Positions 31,226 through 46,277 of a stretch of 64,000 nucleotides of DNA are shown here, in pieces. Source of the DNA: Blastocystis sp. Blastoise (taxonomy: Eukaryota > Protista > Bigyra: Opalinata); the NCBI GenBank assembly GCA_039096225.1, contig JBBPEB010000002.1, forward strand, positions 1,054,001-1,118,000. The letters are read 5' to 3'. The notes under the pieces were generated by a model. The model was not told the DNA's origin and ran no database searches. It worked only from the letters and a program-made list of their open reading frames with translations. Every line of letters begins with the position of its first letter. The stretch's first letter is position 1. The position numbers and the translations under genes were made by a program.

Positions 31226-32492
31226 TTATCAATAATTTATATCAATTTATATTCTTTTAATAGAAGTATTTTCTGAAATTCTTTTTTAATACTTCTGTTT
31301 TTATGGGGAAATAATGATTTGTAACTGATAATGAGAAATGAATCACTATTATGTTGTTTTCTTTTTTATATTATGATTCTATTGCTATTATCAAGATTTA
31401 TACAGGTATTTCTGCATATTTATGAATTAAATGATGTTTATAAGTTTTTATTAGTAGTGGAAGTATGCAAAATTTTGATGATTTCATTGTAAACGCAATA
31501 ATAATGTCTAATGAAGTAGTATGATGCATAAAAACGAACTACTCTATGCATATACATTAAATACAAATTAAAATAAACTCTTAAAGAAAAACAAATGTCT
31601 TGAAATGTGTTATTTTAATAATTTATATACTATTCCTTTTTATATAGTTATCTATGATTTATAATCATGGAATTCTTATTCCTCTATTCTTTATCTTGAA
31701 TAATTATAGATACAATATATACTTTATATAAAATTTCATTAAATCATCTTTTAAATATACAAAAAAAAGTTAAAAAATCAATTACACTCCTATTTCTATT
31801 CTTCTTGTTATTCTCCCATATTTGAATATTAATTACTCTTATAAACTATCTTATTCCATGTATACTGCTTATATCATCCATTACATTTATAATTACTTTG
31901 AAATCCTTCATAAAAAAATAATTCAGTGCTTTCTATGAACAAATCTCTTCTTTAATTGTGGTTCCACAGATCCTAAACCACTACGTAAATACCTCTTTAT
32001 AAACATTGAAAACACTTTATCTACATTTTTTACAAAATATACAATAAACTGATTATTAAATGATCCAATCGTATTTCAATCGATATCCCATGACATATAT
32101 AATAAAGTCTATAATCTACATACATCAACAAGGCCACTGACCACAGCTTCAGCTTTCAATTCATCGTATTTCATCATTTTCAAGCATTTTATACCTCTAC
32201 TTACTTTACATAATACTAAACACGTAGAAGTAACGAATATTAACACAAAATTCATTTAAAAACGTATATTTTTGACTAAAAATACAAAAAAAAATGAAAA
32301 AAAGACAGAAAATGAATACACTAAAATACCGAATAGAAACGGGAATACTGTTACAAATAGCAGTGTCCTGAAGAAAAACCATGGAAATAGACTATTTTTC
32401 AAAGTTTTGGGGTAAAATACGATTAATTTTTATTGTACAATTATTTCTTTATTTCCTTTAGGTCTCTTGAGTTATACAGGATATAGAATATC

Positions 32493-33218
32493 ATGGATCT
32501 TAAGGACATCAAAAGAGTTTGCCAGTTGAAATTGATACATGGCAAACGTGAGTATTTAATTGTATTAGATACGCGTCAACGGCTTCAATGGCTTAAACGT
32601 TATGCTTCTGTAAGCTACTCTATATATTGAGATTGTTTTAATTAATGAAATATTTCTAAATAGGGTTTGACAGGTATTCCAATTAACCGTATCATTCTTC
32701 TTTTAGAAAATCGTGAGATGACTGATGATGATCCACTTTTTGCATATAATTTAGATCATGTAGATCATATTAATGTTCAAGAAGCTCCAGCACTGATCAA
32801 TGTTACCTTTAAATATGAAGATCAATCATTTCCTGCTCAAGTGAAATCAAGTCAGAGTATTCGCGATGTTAAAGATTCATTTGAAACCGTATATATAGCA
32901 TTATTCATTTTAATATTATTATTATTATTATTTTATAAAAAAGAATTACTTTTTTTAATTATTTAGGTTTTTTGTATTAAGAATCCGAATCGTGTTATTT
33001 CATCGGATGATATTCAGGCATATATTCATGATGTTCGATATTTTGATGATGATTGTTTATCACCTTTATGTCTTCAGAATGGTGATATTATTGAATTCAA
33101 AATATTAGAAGATGTATAGATTATTATATATATTATTTATAGGATTTTATTTTTATTTTTATAATCGTTTTTTTTTATTTGTTATATATTATTTATATTT
33201 ATATATATTATTAGAATA

Positions 33219-33272
<54 letters not shown>

Positions 33273-33975
33273 TAATAATATATATAGGATGAAGATGAAG
33301 ATGTGATTGAATTGAATGAGAATGGTGAGCCTATAGATTATGATCAGATTTCCTTGCTGAATGATGACTTAAATAAGGTGAAAATAGAAAATAAACGATT
33401 AGTAGAACAAAAAGAATTATTAAATAAGAATGTAACTGATTTATATAGTGCATTTATGGATGAAATTATTGAATGGCGTAAAACACAAGTAATTATAGAT
33501 GAATTAAGAGAAAAAGAATCAAAACTTCAAACATCTGTAAATAAATATGTTAAAGAGAATGAAGACTATAAAGATCAAATATCTATATTAAAGAATCAGA
33601 ATCAAGAATTAACAGCACGTTTAGAATATGAACGTGTTACTTCTACTAATGCTATTAATAAAAAAACAGAAGAAATTGAAAAATTTAAAATTGATTCAAC
33701 ATCCTTACAAGAAAGTATAAATTCATTTGAAATTATGATCAATCGTTATGATAGTTCCTTAAAAGAATTATTACATACTTGTGAAGAAAATAATTTACCT
33801 ATAACAGATAAAGTACGTTTATTAATAAGAGATAATGATAATATTACTACTCCTATACATAAAATAAAAAGAGATAGTATGAGATTATCTGAATCACTTA
33901 ATTTAGATTCTATTTATGAAGATGCTGTTTCTGATTTATTTAATGATTCATTCACACTTTCTTCTTCATTTGATA

Positions 33976-34061
<86 letters not shown>

Positions 34062-35679
34062 ATGACTTCATCTCCCTTGAATTCAAATACTTCTGTTTCT
34101 ACTCCTTCAATTCTACCTACTCCTAATTCTCCTCCTATTCAATTTCCTACTACTACATTACCTAAAGTATCTCTCTCTACACCTACTTCTCGTCTTTCTG
34201 GGAATAAATCTATACCTTCAACACTTTTATCTCCCATAGGAGAGATTGAAACTAATGAATCTATAGATAATAATAATAATAATCAATCAACTGAACAAAC
34301 ACATGAATCTCCACTTACAATTGATACATCTTTTACTCTTCCTTCTTCTACTCCTATAAATATTACTACTCCTTCTACTCAAAATATAGCTATTAATATA
34401 GAAACACCAAGTGGGCCTCCTCCTGATTCTATGTTTAAACTTGAATTAAGAAAATCACAATCACAAAATCATCGTCCTATTCGTTCTTCTACTGTCACAC
34501 CTTCATTACAAGCACAATTCCGTAAAACGGATACTGTTCCTTCTTTTGGAAATAGCTTTGGTAATTCATTGAAACAGCCCTTAAGAAATACAGAAAATAA
34601 GAAATATAATCCTAATATATCTACTGATAAAACTATATTGAAATTACCTATCGCTTTATTAAAGGTATATTTTATGTTTATTATTATATTTATTATTATA
34701 TTTTATTATATTTATATAGTTAAAAGAACCAAATAAGAATGAAATGAAATGTATATATAATATATTATATATATATTATATATATATATATATTATATAT
34801 ATATATATATATTATATATATATAGGGAGATATACTGGATATGAAAACTTTAATCGATTATTTAAAGAAGTTCAAAATGGTCAATATAATGATATAGAAA
34901 TATTAGATTTATCAGGTATATATATATATTATTATTATTATTATCATTTATTATTATTATTATTATATTATTATCATGTATTTATATATATAGATTGTGA
35001 TTTAGATGCGAGTACTTTAAGAACATTTTCACGATTATTTGGTGCTCAGAAGAAGTTTATGAAAGGAACCAGCTATTATTTCCCTAATCTTAAGAAGATC
35101 TTATTATATTGGAATAAATTTAATGAAGAAAATACTGAAGTTATATATAAATTATTAAAAGAACGAAATGTTGAAGTAGAAGGATTAGAATTTTGGAGTA
35201 TATATATATATATTATTATTATTATGTTTATTATTATATATATAGAATATCAGTATGACCCTCAAATAGTTGATACTATAAATATATATAAAGGAAAGAA
35301 GAATCTTAATGAAACACTTGATTTATCTAATAAATCCTTAAATGATATTCATATACGATTATTGACATCATCATTTATTCACGGGGGAATGCCTAATTTA
35401 ATGAATCTTAATTTATCTAGTAAATATATATATATATATAACCATATATATAACCATATATATAACTATATATATAACCATATATAGATAATAGTATAAG
35501 TAAAGAAGGATGTACATATATAAGTGAATGTATTGCTAATGGTGGACTTAGTAATATTGTACAATTAAATCTATCACATAATCCCTTAGGAATAGGTAGT
35601 GTACAGATATTTAACGGAATGGTAACGGGAGTTCTACCGAAATTAAGAGAACTAGATCTTTCATGTATATATATACATA

Positions 35680-35738
<59 letters not shown>

Positions 35739-36028
35739 GATACTGAGTTTGGAGGTGATAGTATATTTGCATTATTAAGTTTATGGAATAAACGAGGAGG
35801 ATATTCTATTGAATCTCTTAACTTAGAAGGTAATTCATTCCCTGCTAGTTGTATTCAGAGTTTATGTATGTACCTCGCTAAAGGAGGCGGTGAAAATATA
35901 CATATCCTTAATCTATCTAGTAATAATTTAAGTGATAAGGAAATGTTCACATTTGCTCAATATATAGAAGTCGGTGCTTTTAATCAAATTCATTCTTATA
36001 TATTTAATGGTATATATCTTTATAATAG

Positions 36029-36066
<38 letters not shown>

Positions 36067-36197
36067 AATATAGATAATAAAATAACACAAGAAGGTGCAC
36101 AGAAATTTATTGACGCTGTTGAAGAAAATCAGGAACTTATTATTCATAATATACTCTTTTCAGGTATATATATATATATTATTTTAAAATATAAAAT

Positions 36198-36240
<43 letters not shown>

Positions 36241-36363
36241 TAATCCAATAAAAGATATGGAGTCGATCTCTAATCAGATCGCGAATATTATATCTGTTCG
36301 TACAAGTGAGTCACCTGTTCCTTTTTCTCTTCCTTCTTCTTTATCTATACCTACTACTACTAC

Positions 36364-36397
<34 letters not shown>

Positions 36398-36583
36398 TCT
36401 ACTCCTACTCCTTCATCTATTGGCTCTATTACTCCTTCTTCTTCTCTTTCTCTTCCTCCTCTCTCTTCTACGCCTATCGCCGCGAATGACGAAGATCTAC
36501 CCTTACCATCCGTACAAGAAGATGATGATGATGAAATCTCCGCCGGAAATGAAGAAATTATTGAACTTACAGATGATATGTAA
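32493..36583 (+). CDS. Protein with two ubiquitin-like domains, coiled coil, N/S/T/P-rich linker and RI-like leucine-rich repeats
   Basis: TGIPINRIILLLENREMTDDDPLFAYNL (Ubl-like); heptad-rich 33303-33850; repeated LxxLxLSxN; spliced frame continuous. Confidence 0.8.
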
Positions 36584-37413
36584 TACCATTCTTTATATAT
36601 ATCTAAATATTCAATTTATTTTGAATCATTTATTTTGTGTTCTTCTTTCTATAATTATAGTAAAACAATCTTTTGTCGTGTATATATACATTTAAAATAC
36701 TATTTTTCTTTTCTTTGTCATTATCTTATATATAATCTTCTTTTATTTATTTATTTTTTTTAAATATATAATACTATCTTAGAATCATTTTTACATTAAG
36801 ATTTTTATATTATATTTCTTCTATATATATATATATTGGTAAATATTGTTTTTCATATCTTTCTACTCTATATGTCTTTCTTATATATTTTTTTATTAGT
36901 ACTTATTTGATTATCATTTTTACTTTTCAATTCGATTCTTATCTCTTTTTAAATATTAAAAAAATGAGTTTTTTCGTATGTTTTCTTTTGAGTTTATTAC
37001 TTATATATTTTTGTTTTGTTTTTTTGTAAATGATATTTTATTTGTGGTCACATTAATTCTTTCTTTTTAATAAAAAATACTATTAGTAAAAATCATAAAA
37101 ATAATTATTCTTAACTTTATTTTTTGGATTGTATATAGTCAGACAATAATTACAAACAAAAACAAATATAAACTATATCGTAGTAAAAATTTCATTATTT
37201 CATAATAGAAAGAAAAAAAAAGAAACAGAAAACGATATAAAGAAATATATATATATATATATACATAATTATTCATAAAAATAAAAAATCATTAAAGAAT
37301 GATAAAGATGAATACTAATATATATATACATAAAATTTTATAAATAATAAAAACCATATTAATAATATTAATTGTACAAAAACATATAACAAAGAATTAT
37401 ATATATATATTCT

Positions 37414-39523
37414 TTAAGATAATCCACAGAAAGTAGGTTGTTTTTCTAAAAGTGATTCTTTCGTACAATTTGACCAGAATAATCCAGTATTAGGTTTTTC
37501 GCTCATGTCCCAAGAAGGATTCGGAAGAGAAGCAGGTGAGAAATAGCTATCAAATGATTCTTTACTGAATACCATTTGTTCCTGCTCTTGTTTACTAGGC
37601 TTCGTTTTATCATATACATAAACTCGATTCTTATAAGAATATTCATTATTTTCACCATTTAGTAATAAACATAAATGGTTATCATTACTGTGTATAAGTC
37701 TAATAGGTGCATTTAATACAATAGAAGCTTTATAATCACATTTACCAATAGCAGCAGTACCATCACCAGCATAACAACGAGCTACAAATGCATTATTTGA
37801 AGAAATACGATCGAAAATAAGTCTATTATCTACAATAGCTTTATGAATAGCATGAGCAAGAGGTGTTTGGTCATCAGGTAAGAATATAGAATCACTTAAG
37901 AAATATTCTATCCAATCACGTAATACTAATTTAGTTCTCCAATTCCATCTATAGAATATAGTCCAACCAGAAGGACGGAATAAACCTATATTAACAGCAG
38001 ACATAGCCATATCAGCATTACTTTTCTTAAACATATTCAAAAGATCTACAGGTGCCTTAGGATCACAGAATAAATTAAATGCATCGATAACTACTGTAAC
38101 TTCAAACGGAGTAGCACCAAAATATAAGGCACGTGTGAATAATTGACGACGCGATGTATTGATATCCGAAATAGTATAGGTTTGAAAGAGGTGTTTTTCA
38201 GGTATAATAATAACATTAGAAAATAAGGAGAGACTCTCTTCAGGTACAGGAAGAGGAGTAGCTATAGCACAATGTACCTATAGATAATATAATATATATA
38301 ATTATATTATTTATATAATTTAAATATCATAATATATATATATTATATTATTTATATTATATGTTATAATATAAAAATATATGTTTCATTATAATATATA
38401 TATATATAATTATATTATTTATATTATATAATAGTATATAATATAATATATACATTGGGACTTAAACTTTTGAGCATTTTCACAAAGTTGATTGTTTCTG
38501 TTAATGATTTTTGATGTTCTTGTTCATTACGACCATAAGATATAAAGTAATATCCTTTTCCTCTTTTCTTCGATTCATCGATCGTAGGACATCCATTAGG
38601 ACAAAGATAAGAAGGCTGAGTACCATAATTCTCACTTATTAAACTATTCCTATATATATATATATAATAAATAGAATAAATAGAATAAATAGAATAAATA
38701 AAATAAAATTAAAAAAATAAATAAATACAATAAATTCAATAAATTCAATAAATAAAATAAAATAAAATAAATACAATAAATATAATAATTATACCAAGCA
38801 AAATAATAATAATAATAAATATATACATATCAGAAGCAGTGACACTAGGGGGTGTCATCGCTAAGCATTCTTTCTGTACACAAATAGGACAATTCTGTTC
38901 ATCTACTTGTGGACATTCTTTTTCTTCTACTTTAGGGCATTCTTTCTCTTCAACAGTAGTAGAAGGAGGACATTCCTTTTGAGTTTCACATATAGGACAT
39001 TCTTTTTCATTTGAACTACAAACAGGACATTCTTTTTCAGTAACATTACATACAGGACATTCCTTTGTTATAGATGTTTCACATACTGGACAATTTTTGA
39101 TACTATCATCTGGTATAACAGGGCATTCAACAGGAGGAACACATTCAAGATCTATTCAGAAACATAAATAATAAGAAAAAAACGTAAATGAACAACATAC
39201 CTCCAGTACTAGCTCTAATATAATAATTATTGTTATCTGTAAATGTATGAACATAGGGAGTCTAGAAACAAAGAGAATAAGTGATAAATAACATCATAAA
39301 ACACATACAGAAAAAATATCGTTTTCTAAAGTAAGTTGTCCCATTTCAGAAGTTTCTAAAATCTATGTGCATGTATTGTAGATCATATAAATAAGTGAAA
39401 TAAATCTTAAAATAAACATACACGAAGGTAATTCATAGAAACAACGAAATATAATATAGAATAAAGAATAATGCAGAAGATTATCTTCAAACTAAGGAAT
39501 TCTCCCTGGCTTTTCTTCATCAT
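37414..39523 (-). CDS. Type II membrane putative GT-A glycosyltransferase with a KECPxC repeat stem
   Basis: N-terminal TM (IIFCIILYSILYFVV), about ten CP-containing repeats, RQLFTRALYFGATPFEVTVVIDA, VNIGLF and DDQ motifs. Confidence 0.7.
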
Positions 39524-39678
39524 ATTGCTATAAAGATAATAAAATGAAATGTAAAGAATGATTGTAAGCGTTTCGTTAACGTTCGTGGTTATTTAGAAAA
39601 AATAATCAAAAATGAGTCGTTTTTCAAAAATATAAAAGAATAAGAGAAATTGTCTTTTTTAGTTCATTTATTTGCATT

Positions 39679-41190
39679 ATGAGTGATCAAGTCATAGGTA
39701 GATCTATATAAAGCATTGTTATATAAATAATGAAATATCTAATTTTAGAAATAAGCACAATTGAAGAAATGAAATCCACAAAAGCTTTGTGTGATGTTTG
39801 TGGAAAGAATGAATTTAAATATAGATGTCCAGGTTGTGGTAAAAAGACGTGTTGTTTAGAATGTAGTAAACAACATAAGAAAGATGATGCATGTGATGGT
39901 TTGAGAAAGCCTATGCAATTCATTCCAATAAAAGAATTTAATGACGATATCATAACTGATGATTATTATTATTTACATCATTTGGCTCAAGTTGTTGATA
40001 ATACTCAACGAAATGGAAATCCTTCAGGTAATAATTCAGTAAAAATCAATCAACAGCACAAACGATCAGAACAACAAAACCTTCCAAAATGCTTATCATC
40101 GTTAATTCATCAAGTATTTCTTTTTTTAGTTTATATATAATGAATTTGTTTTTATGTTTATTTAGAAATAATATAATTAGTATATATATAATATATATAT
40201 ATAGGCTAAATTGCGAAAGACTACAATACGTTTAATGCCAAAAGGAATGACACGTCAATTGAAAAATAAAACCAAATATATGTATAGAAAAGGAATTATT
40301 GATATATCTTTTTTATATTGTTTTTTATTTATATTTATTTATATTAATTTTTTTATCTTATTTTTTTCATAATGAATGTTCAAGATATATATATATATGT
40401 TATTCTTATACTTATTATTCTTATTCTACATTATAAATATATTTTATAATTCTTAATATAACTACTGGACAATTGAGTATCGATTCCCTCATATAATACC
40501 AGTTATCGAGTTCTGTCGACAAGAATCAGAATTAAACACAATACGCGACTCTCTTGATAGGGCACTCAATAATCATGAAGTATATATTGATATACATACA
40601 TTTATATATATTTATATATATTTATATATATAAATATACATACATTTATATACATTATATAAATACATTTATATACATTTATATATATATATATGTATAG
40701 GATAATATACCCCGCCAGACCTTGTTAAATAAGTATAGATCTGTGGGAGTAGACGGACTTGTAGTATTATTAGAGAAAATACAAGAAGAAGGACATACGG
40801 GAGAATATTATATGCTACCTATCGACCATACTTGGAGGGAAATATTCGCGGGAAATACATTTATCGAGTATATATATATATAATACTATTCATAATATTT
40901 TCCTATATTCCTATAGATATCCTACGGTATTAATTATTTTTGCAAGTGATTTAACAAAATATAAACTAGCTCCATTTTCATTGGTTGAATTGGATCCTTG
41001 GACGCCACCCGTAGTAAAGAAAAATAAACCAAAAGAAGATTCAATTCTATCCAATGATTGTACGGAGACAAAACAGAAACAAAATATAGATTGTGAAACT
41101 ATTGATATTGATATGGATATTGATATTCAGGAAAATAATAAAGATGAAAAACCTCAAATAGAAAATAGTTCAATTCAGAATAAACAATGA
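39679..41190 (+). CDS. ZNHIT6: Box C/D snoRNP assembly factor Bcd1 (zf-HIT)
   Basis: CDVCGKNEFKYRCPGCGKKTCCLECSKQHKKDDACDG, DYYYL, LMPKGMTRQLKNKT, IIDWTIEYRF, FIEYPT. Confidence 0.9.
40304..40465 (+). other. U12-type AT-AC intron
   Basis: 5' ATATCTTT, branch TTCTTAAT, 3' CTAC; removal restores the Bcd1 motif GIID|WTIE. Confidence 0.85.
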
Positions 41191-41795
41191 TTTTTTTCAT
41201 ATATTTCCTATTATTTTATGATCATAAACATTCTATTATCATTCTTTTTATTTTTATTTCTTTGTTTTGGGGGATTTATTGTTATTTTAAGTTTCTGTTT
41301 GTCAATTTATGTTTTCAGAAATATTGTTTTTTATATTATTTACTTTTTCTCACTTTAATTCTCTACAATTATCTGTTTGAGATTTATACCTATCAATTAC
41401 AATTAAATGTCAACCAACATACAGCATTTATTTGATTCAAAATTATTTTATAATTTTACTATTTATTAATTAGCAACTAAATTTTATAATTAATATATGA
41501 ATAAACCTATATTAGTGTCCGTGTTTTTTTCTAATTAGTATTTCATTTGTTAGTTGAAGATCGTTCAACCTTGAATCCATTTATGGATCATAAAGCATCT
41601 ATTTAATATGTCATACATCTCTATATGTTCTGATTAACTTGAATTCTTTCAGAAATTAAACATATATGACTCTATTCACCGATAAATGATAAAAACAAAA
41701 AAAATGCTGAACATTTGAAAAAAGTCACTGAATTCATATTTCAACACTTTTCGGTACATTTCATCTTTTTTTTAATAAGATAAGATCCTTACTAA

Positions 41796-42660
41796 ATGCA
41801 TGTAGCTTATCGAGTTATTCTTTTATATCTTTCTATATTAATATTAAGTAGTTTATCTTGGACTCCTCATGTTCAAATTGTAGCTATCACTCTCTTGGCT
41901 CCTATTATTACTCTGGTTGCAATTTTATGGAAACAAAAGATTGATATCGATACAATCACTAAATTAGCTCGTTTTTTCTTTATTGGAATGTTCAAAACGT
42001 CTGCAATCTCTCTTTTATTTCAAGTATCACATTCATTTTTTCTTTTTTTTAATGATAATATATTATATACAGGGATTTCTCTCTATGGTATTTTTCCTTA
42101 TTTGTTTTAACAATCAATTTAAAGATATATTAGACTCTATTCGAAGTCATGAAGTATTGATATATAGTTTTGTTTTTTTTTTTATTGTATTGTATTATTT
42201 AGATTATTTTTTCATTTTTATTCTAATTCCTCTTTTTACGATATATATTTATATTCTAGAATGCATCGAATCCTCTCGAATATTTCTCATTATGTAAGTC
42301 CACTGGTTATTATGTATATATATTTTGCATGTCTTTCTTCTCAGCAGGTATATATATATATATAGAATTATATTATTATGTTTATATATATATATATATA
42401 TATATTGTAGGTATGGTAGAAGAAACATTAAAATTGACATTTCTTATTCGTGGATTTAAAGAATTATATAAAGAAAAAGATTTCTTTTCAAATGATGTAT
42501 ATTATTGGTTATTATTATTGTTTATTATTATTGTTATTTATTATTTTTATTTATATTTATTATTTTATAATTTATTAATATTCTATATATATATATATAT
42601 ATAGATTCGATATACTGTTATGATTTGCTCAGCGTCTCTTTCCATGGGTTTTTCTACAGG

Positions 42661-42731
<71 letters not shown>

Positions 42732-42793
42732 AGCGGAAAGTATTTTATATAATTTTTCATCATCATCATTTTCGTTTTCTCATGCTCTTGTGA

Positions 42794-42840
<47 letters not shown>

Positions 42841-43007
42841 CAATAATTATTATATTATTATATAATATTATTATTCAATTGTGATAATATTCTTAAAGTA
42901 TAATAATATTATTATTAAACTTATATATATATATATATATATATATAGGTTTAATATCACTTCCATTCCATATATGCTGCGGATTACTCTCTTCTTTAAG
43001 ATGGATC

Positions 43008-43091
<84 letters not shown>

Positions 43092-43762
43092 AAACTATAT
43101 AGACATTTTGGCAAGTAATGTCAGTTAACGATATATATCGAGTTTTAATCCCATCAGTTCTTCTTCATGGCCTATATGATTTTATTGTATATATATATAT
43201 ATATAATAGTATCATTTATTAATCATCATTTGAAAACATTATATATATATATATATAGACATATTTATTACACCCTCTTCCTACTGTGAATAATGATGAT
43301 TTAGATTTAACATCAATATCAGCAATTTTCGTTTATATATTTATATTTACATTAATATTAGCGCTACTTATATTTGAATGGAATACAACCTCTATTCAAA
43401 GTATTAATAAAAGAATTCGAATTGCTTCGTGTTCATATAATAATGGAATTAATTTATTTGATAAAACATCGTTTATACATAAAACTAAAAAGCATAAGCA
43501 CGTGATATCTCAAAATCCCTCAGATCCTGATCCAATCACTACTGCCGATTGTACTATGAATTCCGTCACTAATTCATCATCTATAGCAGGATCATTAGAT
43601 TGTATTAATAATACTGGTGTTAATAATAATATTAATAATAATACTGTTAGTAATAATACTAATAAAAATAATACTGTTAGTAATAATACTAATAATAATC
43701 ATAATAATCTTTCTCCTGTAACTCCTGTGACTCCTCTATATATTGAAGACATAACTCTCTAA
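41796..43762 (+). CDS. PrsW-family intramembrane glutamic protease (9 exons)
   Basis: Multiple TM segments; [25 protein letters not shown] and LLHGLYDF match the four PrsW motifs. Confidence 0.82.
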
Positions 43763-44429
43763 TATACTAGATTCATATATATATTTACTTATATATTATT
43801 TTATATACCATTCTTGTTCTTTGTTTCTTCTTCTTTTTTTTCTTATTTTTCATATTTTTCATTCTTATTATTTTTTTATTTTGCTTTTATTGATTCAAAC
43901 ATATGAACTTGATCTTTTCTTCTTTTAAAGAAATTCATTCTTATTATGGTTAATTATTTAATGTATTTCATAAGTATTTGCTTTTTACTCTTCTAAAATA
44001 TCTTATTTTTTTGCTCGTTTTTAATTATATTATTTATAATAGTATATCATTGTAACTATTTAGTATTGATATATACTTTAAAAATTAAATAAATGAATAA
44101 ACTATATATATAAAGAATAGTTCTTATATCATTCATAATCTTATTTATATATTATTCAGAAATTTATTTTTTTAATTAATGTAGAATAAATATAGAATAA
44201 TGACTTTAATTCAAAAAAGTATATAATCAAAACTGTTAATTATATTCTATTTTTTATGATTTGAAAGCAAGAAAAATAATGTTCTTGCAAATGTTATATA
44301 CTATAATAAATACATCAATACTAATTTTTTAACTTTTATTTCAATAGTTTACAGAAAGCATAAAGAGATTGTATTGAAGACCTAAGAATACTTTTAAAAT
44401 AAACTTTAAAAAGTATTTATGATTCTTCT

Positions 44430-46277
44430 TTAAAACATATAATAAATGAGAATAGAGAATAGAATAATAGATAGAATAAATAATAGTCTTAATAGATATC
44501 TATTATCTTTAGAAGGAATAGAATGAAGAATAGTGTTTACTTGTGTTGAGAATGATTCAAATGAGAATTTCTAAGAAAATGAAATATTATATTATATTAT
44601 ATTATATTATATTATATTATATTATATTATATTATATTATATTATATTATAAATTTAAAAGAAAGAAAGAAAGAAATATACTTCAAGAACTCGTTTTCGT
44701 CCATGTTGACCTAATTGATTTCGTAATTTATTTGAATTTACAATTTGTATCATATCCTAAAAAAAAAGAATAATATAAAAAAAGAATAATATATTTAATA
44801 AAATAATAAAATATTAAAAATACATCTGCAATATCATTTTCGTCATTAAATAAGAATCCATTGTATCCATCAATAACTGTTTCTTTTGGACCCCCACTAG
44901 CATGTGCAATAACAGGTGTATAGAGGATCATAGATTCTAAAGGAACAATTCCAAAATGTTCATCTGTTGGTGTATAAATAAGTGATAAAGAATGATATAT
45001 TAATTGATTTCTAGTTTCTTCTGAAGGTGATTTCAATAAAGAAACATTTGAAGACAAATCAAAAGACTATATATATAATGATATTCATCAATTAATATAG
45101 TAAAAAACAATCGATCATTCGTATCCATAATAATATATATTCATAAATACTTTTGCTAATTGTTCTAATTCACAATAATAATCAACATTCTCTTTAACAC
45201 GTGTATCATATCCACCCATAATAACTAAATGAATCTATACAATTATTTTAAAAAATAAGAAAAAGAAATACTTTTAAAAAAATATTTATAATAAATATAT
45301 ATATATAAAAATAGCATATAATATATACATTTTGTTGATTGAATAGATCTATCCCTACCTTATCTCTATAGATCTTTAAAGCATATATACATCTCTCTAC
45401 ACACTTCTTACGTTCATATCGATTTAAAGATACGAAATAACCACGAGAATCTGATAATAAACTTTGTATATACTCATTAGGTCTATAAAAAATTAATAAT
45501 AATTTGTAATAATATATATATATAATATTTACTCTTTAATAGAAGAATCTTCTTTAATATTAACACAAGGATATAAAACAGAAGCATCTGGAACTATCTG
45601 AATGTGACTGAAACATTTCTTATATTTATCACGAGTGAAAAGACTGTTAACACAAACTTTATCAGCAAAACACATACAGAATTCTTCAAATAAATCGAAT
45701 GGAATTCGATATATTTTTTTAAGTAAAGAAGTACGTATACATAAATATTGATCAGGCATATGACAATAGAAGAAGATCTTAGAATTAGTAAGTAGACGAA
45801 GAAGTGGCATATAAGCTGCATTAGTATCACAAAGAATAAGATCGTAAGAAGAAGAATTGAGAGAAACAACAAGAGATAAATAGAGAGCTCGAAGTGTAGA
45901 GAAGAAAATAAAGAAATGATGGAAGAGATGTCGAGGAATGAAATCTCCATGAACATATACATTTAATGTTCCTAGAATAAAATGAAATATTGACCATAGT
46001 AGATGAGAATGAGACTAATGAGATATAAAAATACCATCTTTTGTTTCTTCAAATGAATGATCATCATGGTGTGACGTATAACTATATATTTATGATTATT
46101 AGAAGATATAAAAAGAAGAAAATATATAATAAAAAGTGTAATGAATAAGAAATACATATCAACTTGATTGTTATTATTCTGACATGCAAGTGCCAGATCC
46201 ACCATCAATCTCTCTGCACCACCAATACCCAAATCTGGATGTAAAAGAGCTATTCGTAACGATTTCTTTTCACTCAT
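44430..46277 (-). CDS. ALG2: Alpha-1,3/1,6-mannosyltransferase Alg2
   Basis: HPDLGIGGAERL, FYCHMPD, SLNRYERKK, GGYDTRVKENV, EHFGIVPLESM, SGGPKETV, C-terminal TM. Confidence 0.95.

Noticed and set aside
31950-32256. Possible small spliced gene on the minus strand (similar weak signals at 2860-2960 and 4869-5060)
   Set aside because: Short, no recognisable motif and ambiguous splicing
35903-35912. Further ATATCCTT matches as U12 donors (also 38551, 45569, 62205)
   Set aside because: They lie within continuous coding exons or on the non-coding strand
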